DNA of 47,250 bases, counting the filler, from Streblomastix strix (lineage: Eukaryota): assembly GCA_008636045.1 (NCBI GenBank). It is 2 parts of 2 records of this genome, joined end to end, with 100 filler letters (N's around TTAATTAATTAA, not from the genome) between each part and the next. Parts side by side here need not be neighbours in the genome. Positions count along the whole stretch, not along the records: positions 23,683 to 47,250 come from SNRW01000272.1; 1 more part is not named here. One strand, 5' to 3'. The notes beneath the pieces are model-generated. The model was not told where the DNA came from, did not search any database, and was given only the letters and a program-made list of their open reading frames with translations. Position numbers and translations under genes: made by a program. Each line of letters begins with the position of its first letter. The stretch's first letter is position 1. Of this stretch, positions 24,354-39,064 are shown in pieces.

Positions 24354-25156
24354 ACGCAACAATAATTATTTATTGTCTTTGGGTTATTTTTTAACCTTGC
24401 TTGTGATCATATTTAAACTAGTTTTATTTGACATAATTAAATCACAATCAATTTTTTGGGCTTTTCACGTTTTATGGATTTTACTGTAATTCTTGTTTTA
24501 CTATTTGCAGATTAACGCTAATTCACTGCTTTTATTGTTTCCTATTATATTTTTTTGGTATTATTCTTTGTTCTTTATTAATATTAAAATGTATTTATTT
24601 TTAAGTGATTGAATTAAATTTTCATTAAACTCATAATTCATTTTTTTTATTAATTGTCAAAACACTCACTTTGCAATTTTATTGAATCACAGTTAAAATT
24701 CTTATTTTTCTTTTAATATATAAAAATTTTATTTTTATCTATATTTAATACTTACTAGTAGATTTCATCAATTTTTTATTATTGTTAATCATTTTTATAT
24801 TCACTATTGTTTATGCATAAATGTATTTCCTAGGTTTTTCTTTGTAAAAATAAATCAGATTAGAGATCATCAAATTGCTGTTTTTAAAATAATAAAAATA
24901 TTTTATTTTATTAATATTATCTAGATAAATGATAAACATTGTAAACTATTGAAAAGAGATTTTTTTCAACTGCATTAGTATTGTGAATTATAGTTTGATT
25001 TATTTTTATTTCTCTTTATAAAACATTTATAATAAGAAATTAAATAGTACAATTTGTTATTATTTTATAAATCGCTTGAAATTGAATTTTTAAATTTAAT
25101 TTATAAATTTCTTTCATTCCTCTATTTTAATAGAACAGTTATTTATAATTAAAAAA

Positions 25157-26713
25157 ATGGCATTTATAAAGAAACTCTTCAACCAACTTGATTCTGCCGA
25201 TTAAAGATTAAGTAACCTCAATAAATCAACGAAAGAAGTTTTTGAAGATATGAGACGATGGAACACGACAACTGGGTATTTTTTTTCTGATTACTTTATA
25301 AATTAAATAATAATTTATTGTTTTAATTCATTTATTGTAAAACCAGTTATAAAATTCCATATCAACGACCACGATTGACAACTAACTATGAAACAAATAA
25401 CTTCGATCCCTCTGCTGTGGCAGAATATCTAAACAATTTCGCAAGGTATATCTGATATATTCTTCAACCTTTATTTAATTTTTTATTAGTGAAGAATAAG
25501 ATAACAGATATGGTGGCCCATTCCTTCTTTCAGACAGAAAAAAACGTGAGTTCTACGGCAGGACAACACGACGCAAATCATAATCTCCAGCATACAATGA
25601 GAATTATAGAAAAGAATCTCATTTACGCAATGATGATTAAAAAATGGAGTAAAATGAAGATGTGGAAACCGAGTTAGAACCACTTCGTAAAGAAACAATA
25701 AACTTTGAACCATAATAAGAGGATCCGCCGATTGATAACACCAATTAAATTGAAACAATCCAGAACATTGAAATAATCACTTCTATGAACAACAGCACTG
25801 CAAGAGAACGACTTGATGAATTAAGGAGAGCAGAAACCATGAAACAGAATCGTGAGTTTCAGAAACTGAAGCTGAAGAACACGATGATTGTTGCACTTGT
25901 TGTTGAGGTTATATTACTATTATTAATTATTTAAATGAATATTATTATATTTATATTATTTATTTTAATTATTTGTTAATATATTAGGATGAGAGAGTTC
26001 GTAGGAAAGCGCATATCAAAGAGAAATTGGATTCAATTGGAAGGTTTGAGATAATTTATTATTTGATTTATTATTTTATTTGAATTATTAAATTTGTTTG
26101 ATATATTTTCTAATAAATTAATTTATATTATTTATTATATCTGTCCAATTATTATATTAGACCACAAGGAATTCTTCTTCCAGACAATTGTTTATACTCT
26201 GAATAAGAATAAGAGTAATAATAATAATAATAATAAAGTGGGATTGGATAATAAATATAAAATAAAGATATTGAAGATTCAAACGAAGAGAAAGAAATGA
26301 AGAAAGAATTTGAGAAAGAAAAGAAAATTGAATAACTATAAGGGAAATAATAATAAAAAGAATAAGTAAAAGAGAAATAATAAATATAGATGAATGAAAA
26401 TAAGAAAATGAATGTAATTTAGAATGAGATCGAAAAGAAAAAATTAAATGGAAAAGAAAAATAAAAAATGAAATTGATTGAAAAATAAAATTTAAAAGAT
26501 AAGAAAAAAGAAATTGAAAAAGCAAAACCGTAAGAATAAAAGCAAACCAAAACATCAAAACCAAAAACACCAGTAAAGAAACCAAATAATTAAAAAATTG
26601 ATAAAATTAATTCAACTCCATCACATAAAGAAATTAAAGATCCAATTTCATTGGAAATCACCTCAGACTCTTCTGTTGTTCACACACCAAAGACAGTTAG
26701 AAGTTCAAATTGA
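25157..26713 (+). CDS. Host hypothetical protein, 5 exons, charged low-complexity C-terminus
   Basis: MAFIKKLFNQLDSADQRL...; four AT-rich GT-AG introns (~25275-25347, ~25446-25489, ~25908-25987, ~26044-26160) preserve the frame to TGA 26711-26713. Confidence 0.75.
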
Positions 26714-26769
26714 TTAATAAACATTCATTTCATTTTATTTTATTTATTTATCACAACTTTTTTATCAAT

Positions 26770-29508
26770 TCATTGTTTATTTTATGGTAGATGAATATAA
26801 AATTAAATTGAAATAAAAAAATAAAATTTTTTAAAATGAATATTGCAAATTGATGTAATTGCACTATCAACAACAGAACTGTTTGAATGGTCAAAAAGTC
26901 TAATTAATACAGGATATGAACTTTTGTCATACAACTACAATCTAATATCTTCAGTTGAAGGATGAGTGAATTAGAAGAATGCTGAAATATTTGAATATGT
27001 AATTGATTCAATTGGTTGGTTGGCAAACATGTGGAGAAAAGTTTCAGCAATTCCAGAGTTAATGGCTTATTTTCTTCCCAATTCATCTTTTTTACCTTCA
27101 AGAGAAGTTGAAATTATTTCACTCAATTAATCTTTCTTCTTTCTAAGTTCATCTTTTTCATTTTAAGTTCCGTTTTCCACCTTCATCAATTCTTTTGCAA
27201 TTTAACTACAAATTGTACATGGTTTCTCCAATTCTGATATTTTTTTATTCAGTTCTGATTTCTCTTTCTATATTTTTATTATTTCATCTTTAGCTTTGTC
27301 TTTCTCTTAAGCAATATTCAATTTATCAGCTTCAACTTTTCTTATTCTTTCATCGGCTTCTTTTCTTTCTTTCTCAACTTTCGTTAATTTATCTTCCAAA
27401 TCTTTATTTTTTTATTCAATTTTGCTTTTGGCTTCAATAGCATTATTCTTTTATTATTCTGCTAATTTTGCTTTTTCTTCAGCATCTTTTTTATTTTATT
27501 CAAATCCTTTAATTCGATTTTCAAAATCATTTCTTTCTTTTTCTGCTTTGGTTTTCGCGGCTTCAGTAACTCTAGTTCTTTCATCTGCAATATTTTTATT
27601 ATTAAGTGCTTGATTCTTTTCTGTATTAAGTCTTTATTCTAAACTTTGCTTTTCAGCATTAAGTCTTTATTCTAAACTTTGCTTTTCTTCATTTGCTTTT
27701 CGAGATCTTTCTTCAGTTTAATTTGCTCTTAGATCTGATTAGTTCAATCTCTCTTCAATTTATTTCAATCTTTGCTCATATTGTTATTTCTCAGTATTTA
27801 GTCTTTACTCCAATTGTTATTTCTCAGTATTTGTTTTTTGAATTGTATCTCTCAATGCTTTTTCTGAATCTCTTAATCTTTACTCCAACTGTTATTTCTC
27901 TGTATTAAGTCTTTATTCTAAATTATTCTTTTCTATATTTAGTCTTTATTCCAATTGCTATTTCTCTTAATTTAATCTTTATTCTGTTTCTCTAAATCTT
28001 TATTCAGATTAATTCATCTGATTTTCTAAATTTCTTTTCTCAACATTTAATATTCTTTTATCTTCTTCGGATTTATTCATTCTTTCTTACATTTCTGTTT
28101 TCTATTCATTTGATCGGTTTCTTTCTTATTCTGCTTATTCAGCTCTTTATATTGATCCATTTGATCTTTATTCAGATTACTGAACTCGTTCATCAGCTTC
28201 TCTTCTTTATTATTCTAATTCTCTAATTTATTATTGTTATTCATTCAAACTTTATTCGAGATTTCATTTTTCTTCTTCAATTAGATTCAATCTTTCAAAC
28301 TATTCTTTTTTCTCTTTCTCTTTTTCTTTTCTTCCTTAAATAAATCCTTTTGAATTCAATAACTTAAAAAGATTTATTATTTTCTCCTTAACTATTCTTA
28401 AGTCTTCATCAACTTCTTCATCGTCATTTTCATCATCATTTTATTCCTTTTAATCATTTTACATTTCCTTAATTTCTTATTTTTCTTCCTTCTGGTTATT
28501 TCCTATAATTTCTAAAGCAAGATGAACACAATCCAACAAAATTTCAGTTTCATTTTGATCCCATTAACGAATCTCGTACAGTGCTAATTCTTCTAACACA
28601 TTTATATAATTAATTATACAATGCATAGAAATTTTCGGTTCAATTGAAGCATTTAAGGAAGATGATGAAGATGAAGAACCTAAATGATCTAATGGGAAAT
28701 GATTTGATTCAATTGGAACATCAATTTGCAGTTGATTCAAATATGAAGCTGCTCTTCCAATAATACCACCTTGTTTGCATAATAAGCGACGAAATTCTTT
28801 CTTTTTCTATTTTGATATTTCATCTTTCAATATTTCTGCTCCAATCTTACTAATATTTTCATCTTATGACTAAATTAAATAAATTTATATTCAATTTATT
28901 TCAAAAAAATCAATAAATCAAACCTCAAGCATTCCAAGAATAATTGATAAGAAAATTTCATTTGAAGTTTTAAAGCCTAGGTGCCCAGACGATGATGCAC
29001 TGACAGCAATCAAACCAGCAAATGAACCCTAATGTATTGATAAGTGAAATTTAATATCAAACGAATCATAAAGAAAAATTCAAACTGAAATTTCTTGATT
29101 TGGAAGATTGAAAAATTTCTAAGTGAGCTATTTAAGAGTCATTTACGCCAATTTTGGATTTGAAATAATATATTCTATAAACAATAAAAGTAAAATGGAT
29201 TTTTAAATAAAAAACTAAAATTTCAAAACCATCAAGTGAGAAACGCTGGATTTCAAGGAGTGCATTTTAATCTCCGCGGTCCAGCATATCTAATGCTCTT
29301 ATGAGCTATTATGTTGGAATATGTTAATAAACCAATGATTTAAAAATAATTTAAATTAACAATATGAATATAAAATATGAATATGTGGCAGGAAACGCAA
29401 AAGCAAAATGCAAACATCATCTGGCACATAGGACCGATTATTTACATTTCCTCCTTATTGATGGCCAAATCGTGTTGATTATTCTGCGTTCTGTGTAGAT
29501 TGATGCAT
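26770..29508 (-). CDS. Host protein with long coiled coil and ARM/HEAT-like segments, four 5' introns
   Basis: GT-AG introns join MHQSTQNAE...VPDD|LIRALDMLDRG...; long E/K/Q/R coiled coil with 33-nt repeats (~27610-27960); C-terminal YPVLIRLFDHSNSSVVDSAITSICNI. Confidence 0.7.
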
Positions 29509-29758
29509 TTCGGTAATTATTGTGAATTTTGCTTAAAAAATTTGAAATTAACCATTTTTTTTTTTTTTATTGATTAATAAATCCTAATAAAGAATATATT
29601 TTTATTTTAAAAATAAATATTTATTAATAGATGAATGATTATATTTAATTATTTTCATTGAATATTGTAAAAAAATAAGATTTTTTAAAGTTGCTATTAA
29701 GACTAACAATAAAACCTAGAAATGACATGATAAATACATAATAGAATAACATATATAC

Positions 29759-31399
29759 TCACCAATAACTGACTACAATCCTCTTAGTCTGTAATGCTTC
29801 CCACTTCGAATCTTCGTCATTCATCTCGCTATTTAGAAACATGGGTGTTTCCAGATCTTCAATTCCACCTCCAATCTCAATTTCTTCTTCGACTTATTTT
29901 TTTAATTCATGATTCTTATCGCACCAATCTCTTCCTTCATTCAGGATAATAAACAGCCAATTGATTCCTTCAACGGCATTGATTGTAGCTCTGGTGTTCT
30001 ATTCGAAGCTTCCACTGCAATTCCCGATTCCTTCAAGAAGTACTGAGTGAATATAGTCATATTTATTAATCAATAATAATTGAATATTTAAGTTGCCGAA
30101 ATATTGAATCCAACCCAATGAGAGGATGCTTTCAGATCGGATTAAACCTGCATGTTCTGATTGTATTGATTCATTTTATTCCGATTATCTGTAATTTTTC
30201 TGCCTTTGGAACCTTGAAAGAATGATTAATGAGTTGATAAGACCAGGAATGCTTGATACATCAGAAATGAAGTTAGTGTTTCGGATTAATAACGTTCTAA
30301 GAAGATATGTTGCTCCAATGTTTGTGAAGTGATGTTGATTATTTGTAGACTGAATAATAGTTTATGAAGAATTTTGAGATGCATCTGAAATGAATTGTGG
30401 AAAATTACTCATATTCAAAAGAATGTTTTATGCAAAAGTTGTGATTAGTGGACCAAGATGAAGAAGAATGTTGTGATTTGTAATCAGAAATTACTAAACA
30501 TCATTTTCAAATGGATTAATAAGAAATGCAAGTGTTTTGAAAACTGATGATCTTAACTCAAAAGTTGTTTAATAATTCGGAATATCAATTCTATATTAGC
30601 AGTTTAATCTTGCTGGACAATTAAGGTGTATAAGTTATGAAATCTTGAAATGCATTTTGCTAATAGATACATAATACTATCTTGTTTTCCAATCTTCAAT
30701 GGAAAAGCACAGTGCTTTCAGAGTTTTGAAGGCATTTTCAAGTTTTATTTATAGTTGATTTATATCTATGTTAACCTGCTTTTCTTATTATTCCGAATTT
30801 TCAGATAATTTGTGAATTTTATATTCATGGAGAAATGAGATTAATTCTTTTATTACTGCACTAATAATTTTATCATGAATGGCAAGCATCGCATCTCCAG
30901 GATCTTGCCATTTCAATAAGCAACAATCAATTTACACCAGTTATAAAACAAAATCAGAATATGAATTTTCTTTATTTTTTTCAATCTTTTAAATTTCATT
31001 TACTATTAATTATTCTATTTCTGTAATTAGCCCAGATTCAGTTAATAAATCGAAGAAAATGTTTAAATTCCATCAAGGAGTCATTTCTGCTCCTCGAATC
31101 GCAATTATTTCAATAATAGAAAGAACAGAATTTCTCTCGGGTAAGGAATTAACTCTTTAAAACAATTCTTATAGCGAAGTGCAGAATATATGGTCAATCA
31201 CTTAAACAAGTTCATCATTTGTTAAATTTGTTAATATACTGCAAAGTTGCTGAAATAATAATTATTTCTTATCGAAATTTTCGATATCAGTGATGGAATT
31301 AATAATATTTTTTAATTTAATTTTCATAAAATTCGGAGATTAATTTTCTGGCAATGTTGAATGTTCATCTATATCCTAATTAGGTTTATCTTCCTACAT
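29759..31399 (-). CDS. Intronless alpha-helical (ARM-like) hypothetical protein with one in-frame TGA (possible pseudogene)
   Basis: 547-codon frame MQEDKPNQDIDEH...EEEIEIGGGIEDLE...VVSYW* interrupted only by TGA at 31073-31075. Confidence 0.65.
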
Positions 31400-32068
31400 A
31401 ATAACCTAATCTTTATTTCCGAAGAAAATAAATAAATTTAATTAAAATGAATAAGTAAATAGAAGGAATTAAAAAATTTAATGAAGGAAATTTTAAGAGT
31501 ATATTTTCTGATATTGTTTTGAACGTAAAATAGGTTTAAGATAATTTAAAATAATAAAATATTTGCAATTTTGATAATAATACAGTAAAATATGAAAATT
31601 TAATTATAATTATCGGAAAAATATGCTTTCTTTTAAAATGTTATTAATTCAACAGTTTCCAAATAAAGTGTTTAGAAATTTAATGTTTAAATGAGTGAAT
31701 TTCATCTAAATATTTGTACTATACATTTGAGTACATCAAAAACTTATCTTTTAAGATAAATTCACTTTTTAAATTAAGCCGATGATTTCTATTAGGATTT
31801 AATTAAGTAAATTCCGCTATATTTATTAAATTAAAAAAATGATTAAGAATTCATGAATGTTAATGAGTAAAACAGTATATGATGTGAAGAAAACTCTTAA
31901 ATTAAAAAAAAAAAATAGAAAATAAATTTCAAATCGAAATCAAAACACTCATTTGTAGGTGAAAATCAACAACATACTGATCTCTTAAATGATATTTTTA
32001 CTATTCGGAAAATCCTTCATATTTTCAGCTTTATTTCATTTCAAATCTTTTTTTTTTAGCTTTTCTTT

Positions 32069-35000
32069 TCAAACAGAAGAAACATTCAAATCGTTGTAGC
32101 ATTTGTTCAGTTGTTCCTTATAAACTTTCTTGACCAGGAATCTTTTAAGTTTCAGAGAAGGAGTCATAAACTCATCTGAGAAAGGCTCTGCTTGGAGGAT
32201 TATATCCTGAGTTAATGATAATAGAAACAAAAAATGAATAATAATGTAAATAAGTAATTAATATTAATTATTAATAAAAATAATAATAATGTAATAATAT
32301 AATAAATTATTCATAATCGCACCTATGCCAACTAAAGTGAGTTCAATCCTTGCGCTCTTCCTTGCTTATTGATCTCAGCAAGAAGAAACTTCTTCAATTC
32401 AGGCTGTTTCACAATCTCCTCCCAAGCCAAAGATTTCTTTTCTGGATCTTTTTATGCTTCTTTTTATGCTTCTTTTTATTCATCATCTTTTTATTCATCT
32501 TCTTTTTATTCATCGGTTTATTTGTCAGTTTCTTCTCCTTCTTTCCTTTTCTTCTTCCCAAGCCACTCTGGATGGTTCTCTTCAACCCAGGGCATGATTT
32601 TGCCTTCTGAGGGGACGATGATACCTTTTAATTAATTAGCAGGATATATATTAATACAGAAATGTATTAATATAGGAATTATATATTTATTATATATAAA
32701 TACGAAAATATTATATAAATTAAATACAAATTATGAATTATATTATATAAATTAATTATAAATTAGTTTTATTAATATTTATTATATTCAAACCGACTGT
32801 GTATCTCCAACCGCTCTCTCCATGGAGGAATGCCTGTGCTACGTATTCATTACGCATATAGACAGCTTCTGTGATCTCTGGACTGGATATCAATATTAAT
32901 AATAATAAGAGAAAATAAAATATAATAATAAAGTAATAGAAAAAATATATGTGAAAATTTGAATAATAAAATAATATCAATTTTATTTTCATACGCTACA
33001 TATTCACCTTGTGATAATTTGAAGATATTCTTCTTTCTGATTTATAAATTAATTAATTAAAAAAAAATAAAATATTTCTATTAAACAGATTTATTATCTA
33101 CATTTTATTCATGCCTGTCAATAACAAAGAGATTTGCTTCCTCATCAAAATGGCCAATGTCACCACTCAATACCCAACCATCATCTGTGAGTGCCTAAAT
33201 AGAATAATATAATTTAAACAAAATATAATATTTAAAATTAAATTAAATATAACCATAAATTTCATATTAATTCATTTCATTATCAATAAATACTTTTTTT
33301 TAATTAATTTTTATATCAAATCATTAATTCATACTTCTCTGCTTGACCATGGATCTCTGTAGTATCCGTGGAAGACACCAGGACCACGCATTACAATCTC
33401 ACCATTGCCTTCTTCAGCCATGTAACTGAATAAATAAGAAATAAAATGTAATTAAAAAAAATGTAAGAAAATGAAGATATAAAATAATAAATAAATATTG
33501 AATAATTTTTATTATTTTATTATTTAATTTTGCAAACCCCATTTCAGGTACAGACACTAACTTTGTTTCCAATGAAGACATAACTTTACCGCAATGACCT
33601 TCAAAAATAATAAGCAAATAAAAATAATATATATAATTCAGATATTAATTATTATATATTTATTGAATTTTATTATTATTATTTAATAATTTGTAATTCA
33701 TTACCATATGTGTTGTAATTCGGATATCCAGGAACAGCTCCAGAACAAGTTGTTTCAGTCATTGAATATCCACACATGATGGGAATGCAAATTGTAGCCT
33801 GTTATTATTTAATAAAAGTAATCAAAATATGAAAATTAATTTTTTAACAAATAAAATTAAACAATATTAATGGAAATAAAATCATTGATATATGGAATAA
33901 TAGAAAAGTCTGAAATTGTTTACCTATAAGAATTCTTGTACTTTTGGTGATAATGGTGCAGAACCACATAATATAAACATAAGTTTGCCTCCGAGTCTAA
34001 ATGAATATGAAAAAAATGAAAAGATAATAAATTTAAATATTTTCAGAATCATTCATCTTATTTATTAATTATTAAAATATATTATTTCCTATTACATACT
34101 TCTCAGAGAATGTTTTGAATACAAATTTATCAAGCAAAGGAGTAGACTTACCTAATTTCATTTGCTCAAACTTTCTCCTATTAAAATATTAAATACGAAT
34201 AAAAATGAAATTAATGTAAAAATTTGAAACAGAAATTATATAATAATGAATGCAAACTTCAATGAAGTTTTAACCAACCACTTGGCAAATGCCCCTTTTT
34301 GCTGTTAAATATATAATATCATAAATATTAATTAATTAAATATTAATTAACTAATTAATAATATATTAATAATGATTTCAACATTATTACCTCTATTCCA
34401 GCAATAAAAGCTTCATATACTCTGTTCAATACACGAGGCACTCCTACAAACAATGAAGGTTTCATCAATGCCATCTCAGTTACAAGTTCCTAATAAATAA
34501 TAAAAAATTATAATTAGAATTAAAAAAAAATAATAATAAGATATAAATTAAATCAATCAAAAATCTAACGCAAATTATTAATTAACATTATTTTTAATTT
34601 TTTTCCAATCAATTAATCTAATATATAACAACCTTCGTATTCCCAGACGAATATCCAACTTTTCCTCCCATTGCAAATATAACATATTCAGCGAGTCTTT
34701 CAAAGATATGCGCCAATGGAAGATATGCCAAATATGATGGACCAGTTCCAATCATGCAGTCGAGACCTATATATTATTAAGTAAATAGATTATTTAAATA
34801 TAAATAGAAATATAATTAAAATATAAATAGAATTAAAATAATAATTAAAATATAAATATGAATAAACAATAAATTTCTTATTTACTTATAAATAATTATT
34901 ATTATGTTGTGCAAACCACTGAACATTCCAGCAGCAACAGTTGAATGCAAATTATCGTGATGGATAATCACACCTTTTGGAGTACCTGATATAATAATAT

Positions 35001-36110
35001 AATAAACCCAAAAATTAATTAAACAATCAATATTATAATTAAACAAATAAATAAATAAAAATTAATAAAATAAATAAAGAATCAATATAATAAATAAAAG
35101 AAAGAACTAATTAATAAACCAATATTAATATATAATAAATACCAGTTGTCCCAGAAGTATACATAATAGAGAGTACATCATCATGTTTTGGTTCAACAGG
35201 ATCAATCCTGTGTTTCGATCCATATTCAACAAAAGTATCCCAAGTAAACACACGAAATGGATATTTGACTTCAGATCCAGAATCAGAACCTGTTTATTTA
35301 CTCTGTTCCTCATCTTCCAATTCTTTCAGCGTTTTCCCATTAAAAGTTGTGTATTTCTTGAACTCAACTTCGCGATTGGGCGATTCATCCTTTCCATTCA
35401 AAAGTGTATCTGCATCAAGTGGGTCAAAAGTATCCTTGAAGAAATCATGGTCATCATCTGCAGTTCTGTCAAAAGGTGTGAAATCTGGTTCTGGGAAATG
35501 CGCTGAAATTTCTTCAATTTTGTCCCCAAAAACAATAACAGCTTTCAGATTTGGGCAGATTTTGGCCACTTTCTGGATTTTGGCGAAGTTTGCGACGCTT
35601 GTGAAGACTAAACGGCAGTTAGCGTGGTTGATGATGTATGGAACTGCTTCTGGGCCAAGTGTCTCATATAGTGGAACTGTGCAGAGTGCATATGACATAC
35701 CTGTGAAGTCAATCATGAAGAACTCTGGACATGTGATTGATATAACGCCGATTCGATCGTTCCTGGGTAATATTAATATATAAAGAGATTGTAATGTATT
35801 ATAAATGTAGGTAATAAATATACTTCTTAAGTCCAAGAGCATGAAGTGCGCTTCCAACATTTTAGACGCCTGTCCACATCTCATTGTAGTTTATATATTT
35901 ATAATCGCCAAGTTTCCCGTCGGCCAAACGCTCTCGTGCACCCAAACATTATAAATCTCCATGTTTCTATATGGACTCTCCTAAAAGATGGAATAGTGTC
36001 TCGCAGTTCTCTTTGTATCGATAGGTATGTGGGGTTGTTTTATCTGGGCGAAACGGACATCGCTAGATCGGTGTCTCGCTCACTTTCTCTTATGTTATTG
36101 AATTAGCCAT
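32069..36110 (-). CDS. ACSL: Long-chain fatty acyl-CoA synthetase (AMP-binding family), multi-intron
   Basis: CLGARE..GDYKYINY, TVPLYETLG, YTSGTTG|TPKGV, YLAYLPLAHIFER, GVPRVLNR, GYSMTET, GPGVFHGYY, LSGDIG, IDRKKNIFKLSQGEYVAPE, MTPSLKLKR; many GT-AG introns. Confidence 0.93.
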
Positions 36111-36989
36111 CTAAATATCAAAATAATGGTAAATTAAAATTAAAAAATAATTAGAATCAATAATGTTTTGACTTAATATTTGATTATCGAAATTATTTAA
36201 AAATATTTGTAGTTTATTGATCAAAGGAGTTAAAATAATTATGATAAAGATTAGGATTTGCTATATAAATAAAAATAAAATAATAAATAATAATAAAATT
36301 TTTATTTATAAGTGATTTTGATAGAAAAAAAGTTATTTTAATATTTCTTTGTCTGGAAATGTTTAATAATGCTGAAATTTTAGAAATTATTAGAAAATAT
36401 AATAATAATAAATAATTTTTAATGTAACTAATTGACAACAACTGGAGCACGCGTAAAAACAAGTTGGAAACTTTTACTAAAATTTTTTCTTGCATTCATT
36501 TTTATACATTATTACGATAAAATTATTATGCATTTCTTCCTGGGAATAAAATGTTTCACATGATGATTATTTTATATAGAATTTTCCTTAATCAATGAGG
36601 AAGATTAACATTGTCTCTTTGTTTGATCTTTATTTGTTAATTTGCTTCATTCATCATAGGAAAATGTACAAATTGATGAAATAGACAAAGCGTGGATAAA
36701 TTGATTATAATAAATAAGATTTTGAACTTACCGCAAACTTCTTCATTCTATACTACTCATTTGCTTTAATTTTCATATAAATTTATATTAATTTATTATA
36801 TTTAAATATTTTTTGTTTTTTAAATGATTCATTTAAAATCCTAAAGATAGCAAGAAATAATAATTTAATAAAATTGCCAGTATTGCTTATGCACAGCTTA
36901 TTACACTTTTATAATAACTAATTATTAGCAAAATAATTATCCTTTCAATTATTTATAACTTTTTGTTTTTGCTTTGATTTTTATTTCAG

Positions 36990-38342
36990 ATGCACATCGA
37001 GATTTTTGTTGTTTTATGAATAATTTTCCTTCTGAGCCTGCTGGGGTACCTGATTCCACAACTGATCGTCTGCTTCTCAAAACCACTTGATCTGAAGACT
37101 AGATATGGCGAAGGGTACGCTTTTATCACGGGAGGCAACAGTGGTATTGGAGAATAATTTGCAAAAAAGTTAGCTAAATAGGGATTTAATTTGATAATTC
37201 TCGCTCAAAACGAAGAAAGATTGAACCAAACGAAAGCTTCTTTAAAAGAGATTGATTCAACAATAGATGTGAGAACAATTAAAGCCGATCTTTCTAGTGA
37301 TCCTGTGCAAGTTACAAAAGACATTATTCAATAACTGGAAGGACTTGATATAAGTATCTTATACTTCAATGCCGGACTTGGAGTAATGGATGTATTACTT
37401 TATATATATTTATATATTAATTTATTTAATTAAATAATATTCTCATATTCAAATTTTTCTTAAAATAATAATATTCTCATATTCAAATCAAAAGAAAACG
37501 TCCTCCCCAACTGAAAAAACGCTCCACATGTTCCGAAGCAACATAATCACACACCAATACCTCTTCTAAGAACTCTATCCAAAGCTTAGCAGAAGATAAA
37601 CAGCCACAAAAAGAAGAGGTGCTGCTTTATTCACTTATTCAGGTCTGGCTTTTCTGATAAGCCCAGGATCTGTTTTGTATGCAGCTACAAAAGCGTATAT
37701 GGGGCATTTGGGTGAATGCTTAGCTACGGAAGCTGAATTTGTGTGTTATTTAGATGTGAATATATTATTATAAGTAGCAAATTGAAGTATTGTAACAATA
37801 TTTTTGTTTTATTAATATTTTTAAGATATATTGTTTATTTATTAATAATCGATATATATTATCTTTAAAATGTATTGAATTTAGATTATGGAATTGATGT
37901 AGTCTCCATTTATCCTGGAATTTCGAACACGAGATTCTTCAAAAGAGAATAGGAAGAAAAAATGCCCAAAATGATGGGTTTGTAAATATTATAAGAGATT
38001 ATTAATATGATTTAATATAATATAATAATTATTTACAAATGTTTTTCAAATTGTAATTTTCTTTTAAACAATTGGTATATGCATTACCCGGCTTAGGCCG
38101 AGTAACTCGTGTTGACTCTGGATTTCAAGGTAATAATTTAAATAAATAATATAAAATATATTCAATCTTTATTATGGATTAATTTTTCAATTATCTCATA
38201 CGAATTTATTATTTATTTTGAATTTGTAATATAATTAGGTATAATTGGGAGAATTGTTATGAAACTGATTGATGCGAACATTTTCATCAAGATTGTGCAG
38301 AAAGCTGGATCGTTAAGAAAAAAGAATATAAAACCCGATTGA
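36990..38342 (+). CDS. Short-chain dehydrogenase, very-long-chain 3-oxoacyl-CoA reductase/17-beta-HSD12-like; possibly pseudogenising
   Basis: N-terminal hydrophobic anchor, LKTRYGEGYAFITGGNSGIG, YFNAG, catalytic YAATK, YGIDV..IYPG. In-frame TGA at 37017-37019 and no clear acceptor for the third intron. Confidence 0.8.
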
Positions 38343-39064
38343 AAGATTGAATATATCTGTAGAATGAAGATATAATATTAATACTAAGAAATTCATGAAG
38401 AATTATAATTGTTATTTATTGAATATTACGATATTTTTAATCACTGAACATCTTCATTCGTTTACGAACTCTTAAATTTTTGTGATTGTATGATTTTGAT
38501 ATCAATAAAAATTAATTTATGAATAAAAAATAATCATAATTTTTCAATCATTATTCTTTACAATTTTTTTTAGAAAAAAGTTTCAGCCTTGGCCATTAGA
38601 AATAATAAGTTTATGTATTAATAAACTATTTAATAAATCAGTATATTTGTTTGATTTTAACATTTTTCAATAAAATTTGCAAGGCGCAATGGGAACAAAA
38701 ATCTGATTTCTCGTTATTAATCAACTTTATAAAGTGAATATAAACTTATTTTTGCCTATAATAGGCATATATTGAAGTTTTTACGGTTAACAATCTTCGA
38801 AATGAATAAACTGAAGATTAATCAAGCAATCAACAATCAAACTAGCATAAATACATGAAAAAACAAATATATATGTAGTATATATGCATTTTTTCATTTT
38901 TTGAAATAGCTCTTCTATTTCTCTTAACTAAATCACAATAAATATTTCGCGTTTATCTTTTTTAATTTTTTTCAAAATATTCATGAATTTTGATTTATAC
39001 ATACTATTTCAAGTATTCTTTTTAATAATTTTTTATTTTAATTTCATTTTTTAGGGCATCTTTC

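Noticed and set aside
29323..29384. AT-AC (minor-type) intron suggested by an ACATATTC direct repeat
   Set aside because: A canonical GTTTGC...TAG intron (29306-29415, minus strand) restores the same frame and matches donor usage in neighbouring genes
35183..36106. Plus-strand track ORFs overlapping the acyl-CoA synthetase
   Set aside because: Antisense to well-supported ACSL exons; no independent motifs
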